From an uncultured Gaiellaceae bacterium (GTDB lineage: Bacteria > Actinomycetota > Thermoleophilia > Gaiellales > Gaiellaceae): a stretch of DNA of 64,000 bases. The DNA lies in the NCBI GenBank assembly GCA_963810875.1, contig CAWEPD010000006.1, positions 260,078 to 324,077 on the forward strand, in the 5' to 3' direction. The position numbers and the translations under genes were made by a program. The notes beneath the pieces are model-generated. The model had not been told where the DNA came from and searched no databases. It saw only the letters and a program-made list of their open reading frames with translations. This document shows positions 57,366 to 64,000 of this stretch, piece after piece (the stretch's first letter is position 1; every line of letters starts with the position of its first letter).

Positions 57366-57671
57366 TCAGGCGAGCGGGGGATTCTGGACGTCGTTGTCGT
57401 CCGCGTACTGCTGAACCGCGGCGTCGATCACGGCCGCGCCCTCGCTGTAGGCGTAGTTGATCTTGACGAACGGCTCCCACTTGTCCGGCAGCGCGTCCTC
57501 GGGAAAGATCGCCTCGACGGGGCATTCCGGCTCGCAGGCGCCGCAGTCGATGCACTCCTCCGGGTCGATCACGAGCATCCGCGCGAACTCGTGGATGCAG
57601 TCGACCGGGCAGACGTCGACGCACGAGCGATCTTTGATGTCGATGCACGGCTCGGCGATGATGTACGTCAC
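57366..57671 (-). CDS. 7Fe-type ferredoxin (FdxA-like)
   Basis: MTYIIAEPCIDIKDRSCVDVCPVDCI...CIDCGACEPECP. Confidence 0.9.
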   Translation of the reverse strand: MTYIIAEPCIDIKDRSCVDVCPVDCIHEFARMLVIDPEECIDCGACEPECPVEAIFPEDALPDKWEPFVKINYAYSEGAAVIDAAVQQYADDNDVQNPPLA

Positions 57672-57695
57672 GGCGGCGAGTCTACCGAGGCGTTT

Positions 57696-58010
57696 CTAGG
57701 GCGGAGGCGCGGTCAGCTCGGCCACGAGATCGGGCGCGCGTTCGACGAGCGCGGACTTGACGATCACCTGGTCGAAGCCCGCGGTGTGGGCAAGCTGGAG
57801 GCCCGTCTTGTCGGTGTGATTCGTGAAGCCGAGGATCGGCACCTCGGGCCACGCATCGACGACCTCGTCGGGATCGACCCGCGCGATGTCGGCGATCACG
57901 AGGTCGGGAGCATCGATGCTGTCGGTGGTGATCAGGTGGTGATCGGGGAGCAGTCCCTCGAGCTTCCCCCTGAAGAAGAGGTCGACCCCCGCGAGCAGGA
58001 TGGTCGCCAC
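57696..58010 (-). CDS. stand-alone CheY-like receiver-fold protein (tentative)
   Basis: 104 aa with ILLAGVD, LVIADI, ILGFTNH and VIVKS segments, in the spacing expected for receiver-domain landmarks. Confidence 0.45.
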   Translation of the reverse strand: MATILLAGVDLFFRGKLEGLLPDHHLITTDSIDAPDLVIADIARVDPDEVVDAWPEVPILGFTNHTDKTGLQLAHTAGFDQVIVKSALVERAPDLVAELTAPPP

Positions 58011-58055
58011 GAGCCGAATCTAGCACCCTCCGGGGTCGAGACCAATACTCCTGTC

Positions 58056-58379
58056 ATGGGGCTGGAGACCGGGGTCGACCTGATCCGCGCTGGCGCGTAC
58101 TTCGCGGCGCACGAGGAGCTCGAGGACGAGTGGCGCGAGGCGCCGGTCGGCGAGCGCGACTTCCTCCAGGGCCTCGTCCACGTCGCGGTCGCCTGGTACC
58201 AGGCCGGACGCGGCAACCGCGTCGGCTGCGCGCGCCAGCTCGAGAAGGCGCAGCGACGGCTCGGGCCCTACGCGCCGGCGCATCGCGGCTTCGATGTGGC
58301 GTCGGTTCTCGCGTCGGTCGCGGCGGCGGCGGCGATCGTCGAGACCGGGTCGCTCGACCTGCCCCCGCCGCGCGTCTAG
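58056..58379 (+). CDS. DUF309 domain protein
   Basis: The 107-aa protein starts at ATG 58056 and reads GAYFAAHEELEDEWREAPVGERDFLQGLVHVAVAWYQ. Confidence 0.7.
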   Translation: MGLETGVDLIRAGAYFAAHEELEDEWREAPVGERDFLQGLVHVAVAWYQAGRGNRVGCARQLEKAQRRLGPYAPAHRGFDVASVLASVAAAAAIVETGSLDLPPPRV

Positions 58380-59090
58380 CCGAGGCCGAGGAGCTCGAAG
58401 AAGCGGTTCAGGTAGACGCGCAGCCACCAGAAGCGGTCGAAGAAGAGGAGCGCGCCGAGGGCGACGAGGATCGCGCCGCTGACGAGCCGGATCGCCGCGT
58501 AGTGGTCGCGGATCCGGCGGAAGAGGCCCATCGCCGGGACGAACAGCGCCGCCGCGAGCAGAAACGGGACGGCGAGCCCGAGCGCGTAGACGGCGAGGAG
58601 GAGCGAGCCCTCGAGCACCGTGGCCGAATCGCCGGCGAGCACGAGGATCGAGCCGAGCACAGGACCGATGCACGGTGCGGCGCAGACGGCGAACGCCCCG
58701 CCGAGGAGGAAGCTCGACCCCCGCCGGCGCGCGCCCTGGACGAGACCGGCGCCGAGCAGCCGCTCCGGCCACGGCAAGCAGGCCCATGAAGACGAGCCCG
58801 AAGACGATCAGCAGGAACCCGGCGATCTGCTCGAGCAGGAACTGGTTCTCGGCGATCGAGAGCCCGATCGCCGCGGCTCCGGCGCCGAGGAGGACGAAGA
58901 ACGCGACGAGCCCGGCGACGAAGGGCAGGCTCGAGAGGACGATTCGCCGGGCCGCGCCCGGCTCGCCCAGCCGGTCCGCCTCGACCGACGAGACCGCCGA
59001 GAGGTAGCCCGGCACGAGCGGGAGCACGCAGGGCGCGAGGAACGAGACGAGGCCGGCACCGAACGCCACGGCGACGCCGGTAGGGCTCAC
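58376..59090 (-). pseudogene. ccdA: cytochrome c biogenesis thiol-reductant transporter CcdA/DsbD family, one frameshift as assembled
   Basis: The N-terminus FLAPCVLPLVPGYLS is followed by ...FMGLL, where the frame breaks near 58780. PWPERLLGAGL...FAVCAAPCIGPVLGS then continues in another frame. Confidence 0.8.
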
Positions 59091-59117
59091 TGCCCAGTCC
59101 TCATTCGAACCCAGGCC

Positions 59118-59599
59118 TCATTCGAACCGCGCGAGCTCGTCGTCGAGCCGCCGCTCCACGTCCGGTCCCAGAGGCGGCGGCTCGCCCGGCGGCTCGCTCC
59201 CGGACTCGGCCGTGGAGCGCGAGCGGCTCCAGCCCCACGCGAGCGAGCCCACGACGAGCGCCGCGACCGCGATCCCGGCGAGCGGCAGCAGCCACGCGAG
59301 CCAGTCGAACCCCTGGCGCGGGGGAACGGCCAACACGCCTCGCCCGAACTGCTCGACGAGCTTCGCCTTGATCTCGCTCTTCGTGTCGCCGGCCGCGATC
59401 CGGATCCGGATGAACGCCTTCATCCGGCGCGCGATCTCCGCATTCGAGGTGTCGAGCGTCGAGTCGCAGATCGGGCAGACGAGCTCCGACTCCAGCTCGG
59501 CCGCGGTCGGCCGTCTGCTCGCTCGTCCACGCGGGCGCCGCGAGCGCCAGGGCGACCGTGACGGCGAGAGCCGACCGTGAGGGCGAGGGCGGCCCTCAC
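59118..59599 (-). pseudogene. CcmH/NrfF-like cytochrome c maturation protein, apparently two frameshifts in the signal-peptide region
   Basis: The core AAELESELVCPICDSTLDTSNAEIARRMKAFIRIRIAAGDTKSEIKAKLVEQFG has a CPxC motif and a C-terminal TM helix. The N-terminal pieces VRAALALTVG, LAVTVALALAAPAWTSEQ and the core lie in three frames, with breaks near 59570 and 59510. The GTG at 59599 overlaps the upstream stop (GTGA). Confidence 0.65.
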
Positions 59600-60150
59600 G
59601 CCGCCGCGAGAGCCCGCTCGATCCCGTCGTCCAGCTCGCCGGCGTCGTCGACGGGCCCCGCGATCCGGTAGACGACGCGGCCGTTCGCGTCGATGAAGTA
59701 GGTCTCCGGGAAGCCGGTGACGCCGTAGCGGCCGACGGTCGAGCCCTTGCCGTCGTAGACGTTCGGATACGTGACCCCGAACTTGCGGACGAACGAGCGC
59801 GCGTCGCCGCGGAAGTCCTTCACGTCGATCCCCACGAAGACCACGTCCTTGTCCTGCCAGCGCTCCCAGCCCCGCTGCAGGAGCGGGGTCTCGTCCTTGC
59901 ACGGGCCGCACCAGGAGGCCCAGAAGTTGAGCACGACGGCCTTCCCACGCAGGGACTCGAGGGCGAGATCGCCCTCGCCGTCGAGCTTGGCGAGTGTGAA
60001 GCCAGGCGCTGCGACGGTCTTGCCGTCCGCAAGCGAGCCGGTGACCGCGTTGTCGTCGCCCTTCGCGACCTTCCAGATCAGGAGGCCGAGCAGCGCCACG
60101 ACGACGGCGACGGCCACGACCTGTCCGCCGAGGCGGAGGCGCCCCGTCAC
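59596..60150 (-). CDS. TlpA/ResA-family thiol-disulfide oxidoreductase
   Basis: 184 aa with a TM anchor VVAVAVVVALLGLLIW and the motif WASWCGPCK. The GTG start overlaps the upstream stop (GTGA). Confidence 0.88.
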   Translation of the reverse strand: MTGRLRLGGQVVAVAVVVALLGLLIWKVAKGDDNAVTGSLADGKTVAAPGFTLAKLDGEGDLALESLRGKAVVLNFWASWCGPCKDETPLLQRGWERWQDKDVVFVGIDVKDFRGDARSFVRKFGVTYPNVYDGKGSTVGRYGVTGFPETYFIDANGRVVYRIAGPVDDAGELDDGIERALAAA

Positions 60151-61287
60151 TGCACGATGAAGACGGGCGTACCCGTCTCGACCTGCTCGAACAGCCACTC
60201 GACCTCGGAGATCAGCATCCGGATACAGCCGTGCGAGGCGGAGTAGCCGATCGAGGCGGCGTCGGGCGTGCCGTGGATCCCGACCGCGGGCGACGAGATC
60301 CCCATCCAGCGCGTGCCGAGCGGGTTGCCAGGCCCGGGCGGGATCGGCTTCGCGTCCTTCGCCCAGTCCGACGCGGGGGGATACCACCACGGGTTGCGCC
60401 ACTTGACGACGATCTCGAAGCTCCCGAGGGGCGTCGGGTAGCGCGCCTGCCCGGTGGCGACCCCGAAGGTGCGCCGAAGCTCCATCCCGTCGTAGAGGAA
60501 GAGCTTGTTCAGCCCGCGCCGGATCACGATCACCTCGCCGATCGAGTCCCGCGTCGTCGCGGGAGCGACCTCGACGAGCCGCGCGGTCACCGGTGCCCTG
60601 CTGTGGGTCTTCAGGCTCCGGTAGAGCGCGCGAAGCAGCGGCTCCTGCTGCAGCACGCGGCCGGTCCGGTGCGGAGTCACGTAGGGGGCGGAGCCCCGCA
60701 TCAGGAGGCGCGAGTCGGCCCGCTCGCGGTCGAACCGGCGCGCGAGGCGCTTCACGTAGCGCTCGATCGAGGGCTGCGGGGCGGCGACCTGGAGCGGCAC
60801 CTTCCCGCCGGGCCGCGCGATCCTGGCGCGCTTGACTGCGTTGCCGACGAACGCGGAGGCTCCGAGCGCCTTCGGGGAGGCGAGCAGGCGGGAGGCGCCG
60901 GCGATGCGGATCGTCACCGGGCGGGCGAAGTACGCCCGCACCTCGGCCGTCGCCCGGGCGGGTGAGAGCCCTCCGACGAGCAGGCCCGCGATCTTCACGC
61001 CCGCGGGAATCGTCGTCGGCCGGGGCTTGGGGCGCGGCGGCTTGGGACGCGGGCGGCGTCGGAGTCGTCGTAGTGGTCGTCGTGGTCGTCGGCGCCGTGG
61101 TCGTCGTCGAGGTCGTGGTCGGCGGCAGCGTGGTGGTCGTCGGCACCGTCGAGGTCGTCCCGGTCGTCGTCCCGGTGGTCGTGCCGGTGTCCGCGACCGC
61201 GGCGGGGCTGGCGGCGAGAACGAGCGCGGTCAGCAGGCCGACGAGGGCGCAGCCGAGCAGAGAAAGAGCCGCAAATCCACGATTCAC
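60147..61287 (-). pseudogene. L,D-transpeptidase (YkuD) with Thr/Pro-rich linker, one frameshift as assembled
   Basis: The signal/lipobox-like N-terminus VNRGFAALSLLGCALVG and the poly-Thr linker are in one frame. PKPPRPKPRPTTIPAGVKIAG...HGTPDAASIGYSASHGCIRM is in another, with the break near 61052. Confidence 0.8.
61047..61194 (-). repeat. imperfect Thr-codon (ACS) tract encoding a ~48-residue Thr/Pro/Gly-rich linker
   Basis: It encodes DTGTTTGTTTGTTSTVPTTTTLPPTTTSTTTTAPTTTTTTTTTPTPP. The plus strand appears as GTCGTCGTGGTCGTC-type repeats. Confidence 0.8.
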
Positions 61288-62073
61288 GCGGGCAGTGTAG
61301 CCGCGGCCCGGAGGATCCTGGGGTCGTTCGTGATCACCGCGTCGACCCCGGCGGCCTCCATGGCGGCGAGCTCCTCGGGACGATCGATCGTCCAGCTCCA
61401 GACGGCGGCGCCCGCTGCATGGGCGGCCGCGACCGCCTCGGGCGAGACGACGGCGTGGTGGAGCATCAACGCGTTCGCCCCGGCGCGGGCGAGCATCGCC
61501 GCCACCCGCCTCGCGAGCGCGGCCCGGAGCGCGACCGTGCCGAGCCGGATCGCCGGGTGGAGGATCCGCCGGCGGGAGATCCCGCGGCGATCCTCCGGAT
61601 AGGTGAAACCGACGCGGATCGACGGCGCCGCGCGGGCCAGCGCCGCGAGGCTCTCCCGGTGGACGCCGCTCGCCACCGTCCGCCCCAGCAGCCCGTGCCT
61701 CCCGAGCGCGGCAGCGAGCTCGTCCAGCCGCTGTGTCAGCTTCAGGTCGACGTGCACGGCGAGCTCCGGGCGGTCGGCGAAGAAGGCGAGTGCCTCGTCG
61801 AGGGTCGGCAGATGCCGGCGCGACGGCTCTCAGCTCGGCGAGCGACAGGTCGCGGACCGTGCCGGTGGCGGCGCCGTGGCTGACCTCGTGGAGGTCGTTC
61901 GAGTGGGCGAGCACGAGGGGGCCGTCGACGAGGTCGAGCACGTCGAACTCGATCGCGTCCACCCCGACCGCGAGCGCCGCCTCGAACGCGGCCAGCGTGT
62001 TCTCCGGTGCGAGCGCGGCCGCGCCGCGGTGGCCCACCCGGATCAGCGGCCCGTCTCCTCGCAACAGCCTCAC
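61284..62073 (-). pseudogene. glycerophosphodiester phosphodiesterase (GDPD), one frameshift as assembled
   Basis: The N-terminus VGHRGAAALAPENTLAAFEAALAVGVDAIEFDV is followed by ...AELRAVAP, where the frame breaks near 61816. HLPTLDEALAFFADRPELAVHVDLK...WSWTIDRPEE continues in another frame. Confidence 0.8.
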
Positions 62074-62083
62074 GTGCCGGGCC

Positions 62084-63610
62084 TCAAGGCGCAGTCGGGA
62101 GCGGGGCCTCGTCGAGGTCGCCGCCGCGGGCGGCGAAGCTGACGATCATCCGGTCCGTCACCCACTCCACCGGGGCGTGGTCGTCAGTCCAGGGATCGGC
62201 CGAGGGCAGCACGGCGGGCCGTCTGCGGAGGTCGCGCTCGAGCAGCTCGACGAGCGGGGCGAGGCTCGAGCCGGAAGGCGTGCTCTTCCCGGCGGCGCCG
62301 GGCTCGCGCTCTGAGAAGCCGATCACGATCCGGTTGAAGCGAAGGGCGTTCCAGGTGTGGACGCGGGGCAGGACGCTTGCCAGCGTACCCGCCACCTCCC
62401 GGACGAGCGCGTCGTCGCCGGGCACCGTGGCCACGTTCAAGGCCACGACCCCGCCGGGGGCGAGCCGGTCGCGGACGAGCCGGAAGAACTCCTGCGTCGC
62501 GAGGTAGAAGGGGACGTACGGCTGGTGGTAGGCGTCCACGTAGATCACGTCGTAGAGCCGGTCGACGCGCCGCAGGAAGGGCCGCGCATCCTCGTCGTGG
62601 GTCGTCACCCGCGGGTTGTCGCCGAGACCGAAGAACCGGTAGCCGACGTCCGTGACCGCCTCGTCGATCTCCACGCCGTCGATCTGCGCGCGCGGCCAGA
62701 AGACGCCGAACGCACGGGCGAGCGTCCCGCCCGCGTTGCCGAGGATCGCGACGCGCCGCGGCGGCTCGTCGAGCACGACCGGAACCGTGAGGAGGGCGTC
62801 CCAGACGCCGCCCGTCAGCACGGTCCCCTCGCGCCACACGGAGTGAACTGCCACGCCCTCGTTCAGGCTGAGCAGGCGCCGGCCGTCGTCGCGCTCGAGC
62901 ACCTGGATGAACTGGTGGCGCGACTCCTCCTCGTGCAGGAGGCCCTCCTCCGCCTTGACGGCGCCGGGCGGGATCGCGACCAGCACCGCGAACGCGACCG
63001 CCGCGACCGCCGCCCGGCGGCCGAGGAGGAGCGAGGCCGAGCCGGCGAGGACGAAGGCCGTGAAGAGGAGCGTCCGCTGCGTCCCGAGGAGCGGGATCGC
63101 AATCAGCGCCGGCACGAACGTGCCGACGAGGGATCCAACCGTCGAGAGCGCGTAGAAGCGTCCGGCGACGGCGCCGGCCGTGGCGACGTCCGTGATCGCG
63201 AGCCGAATCGCGAATGGCGAGACCATCCCGAGCAGCACGACGGCGGGCGCGAACAGGAGCAGGACCGCGAAGAAGGAGCCGATCACCGCTCCGGCCGAGG
63301 CGTCGTCGAGGCTGCTCACGGTGGCGTCGAGGAACGGCCGCGCGATGAACGGGGTCAGCGCCACCCAGGCGGCCGCGGCGAGCACGATCAGGCCGAGGAG
63401 CCGTGGCTCCGGCCGCCGGTCGGCCAGCCTGCCGCCGAGGTAGTAGCCGAGGGCGAGCGCCGCCAGGACGATCCCGATCAGGTTCGCCCAGACGATCGTC
63501 GACGACCCGAAGTACGGAGCGAGCAGTCGCGAAGCCGCGATCTCGGTCGCGAGCGAGCCGATCCCCGCCCCGAAGACGAGCGCCGCGAGGGTCGTCTGCG
63601 ACCGTTTCAT
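62084..63610 (-). CDS. fused polytopic membrane domain + spermidine synthase-like methyltransferase-fold protein
   Basis: The 508-aa protein starts at ATG 63610 (MKRSQTTLAALVF). It has about 7 TM segments, then ILGNAGGTLAR and VIYVDAY segments. The ATG overlaps the upstream stop (ATGA). Confidence 0.8.
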   Translation of the reverse strand: MKRSQTTLAALVFGAGIGSLATEIAASRLLAPYFGSSTIVWANLIGIVLAALALGYYLGGRLADRRPEPRLLGLIVLAAAAWVALTPFIARPFLDATVSSLDDASAGAVIGSFFAVLLLFAPAVVLLGMVSPFAIRLAITDVATAGAVAGRFYALSTVGSLVGTFVPALIAIPLLGTQRTLLFTAFVLAGSASLLLGRRAAVAAVAFAVLVAIPPGAVKAEEGLLHEEESRHQFIQVLERDDGRRLLSLNEGVAVHSVWREGTVLTGGVWDALLTVPVVLDEPPRRVAILGNAGGTLARAFGVFWPRAQIDGVEIDEAVTDVGYRFFGLGDNPRVTTHDEDARPFLRRVDRLYDVIYVDAYHQPYVPFYLATQEFFRLVRDRLAPGGVVALNVATVPGDDALVREVAGTLASVLPRVHTWNALRFNRIVIGFSEREPGAAGKSTPSGSSLAPLVELLERDLRRRPAVLPSADPWTDDHAPVEWVTDRMIVSFAARGGDLDEAPLPTAP

Positions 63611-64000
63611 CCGGACCGCTTGATCACGACGAGCGCGAAGTCGTCGGTGAGCTCGCCCTCCGTCCATTCGCGACACGCGGCGAGGGTGGCCGCCGCCAGC
63701 GTCTTCGCCGGCAGCTCGCGCTGCTCCGAGAGCAGCGCGTCGAGGCGCTCGGTGCCGAACTGCTCGCCGCTCCGGCGAGCCTCCACGACTCCGTCCGTGT
63801 AGAGGACGACGCTCGCGCCGACCGGAAAGGCGAGGCTCACCGGCTCGTAGACCTGGTCCGCGTCGATTCCGAGCGCGAGCCCGCGTGCGTCGACGGGCTG
63901 GACGCTCCCGTCGGGCAGCACCAGTCGCGGCGCGGGATGGCCGGCGCTGGCGCAGGTCACGGTGCCGGCCGTCGCGTCGAGGACGAGCTCGACCATGGTG
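63607..64000 (-). CDS. PP2C/SpoIIE-family phosphatase, C-terminal fragment (gene continues past the right edge)
   Basis: ...CASAGHPAPRLV...VVLYTDGVVEAR...DDFALVVIKRSG. Confidence 0.75.
   Translation of the reverse strand, partial: TMVELVLDATAGTVTCASAGHPAPRLVLPDGSVQPVDARGLALGIDADQVYEPVSLAFPVGASVVLYTDGVVEARRSGEQFGTERLDALLSEQRELPAKTLAAATLAACREWTEGELTDDFALVVIKRSG

Noticed and set aside
61047-61194. A GTCGTC/GGTCGT repeat tract that looks like a tandem or CRISPR-like repeat.
   Set aside because: The tract has triplet periodicity and no spacer structure. It lies inside the L,D-transpeptidase reading frame, where it encodes a Thr-rich linker.
1-64000. Mobile elements, prophage, CRISPR arrays, tRNA/rRNA genes, or an obvious horizontally acquired island.
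   Set aside because: No transposase, integrase or recombinase-like ORF was found in any frame. There are no terminal inverted repeats or spacer-repeat arrays, and no intergenic region is long enough (all under about 210 bp) or structured like a tRNA. Composition looks uniformly GC-rich by eye, but this was not computed.

Overview
Very GC-rich (about 70% by eye, not computed), gene-dense chromosomal segment that looks Actinomycetota-like. That placement is an inference from gene content: a SARP regulator, a CysO/CysM/Mec/MoeZ cysteine pathway and an Rv2578c-type radical SAM protein. I support about 66 protein-coding genes, mostly on the minus strand. I found no rRNA, tRNA, CRISPR array, transposase or integrase; every intergenic gap is under about 210 bp. 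Content is mainly housekeeping and central metabolism: an anchor-less sdhA-sdhB-HdrB-like succinate dehydrogenase, pckA, aceB, a principal-type sigma factor, the CysO-thiocarboxylate cysteine pathway, a CUT2-type sugar ABC transporter with Gfo/Idh/MocA oxidoreductases, a gabD plus TPP-enzyme operon, a NarL-type two-component pair, and a thiol-redox/cytochrome c maturation operon. The most unusual stretch is 5.7-13.8 kb. Two secreted-protein operons are each preceded by a paralogous ~50-codon small ORF that overlaps the next gene in an ATGA start/stop. Each small ORF is preceded by a near-identical 34-nt block holding GGATGAG direct repeats at 11-bp phasing. The second block lies 42 nt from the start of a large SARP-cyclase-like-AAA-TPR regulator gene. 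A strong caveat applies to the whole window: at least 17 single-nucleotide-type frame breaks interrupt 13 otherwise well-conserved genes. That is more consistent with assembly indel errors than with mass pseudogenisation. Coordinates of the frame-broken genes are given as full spans and typed as pseudogene because the sequence as given cannot encode the full-length protein.
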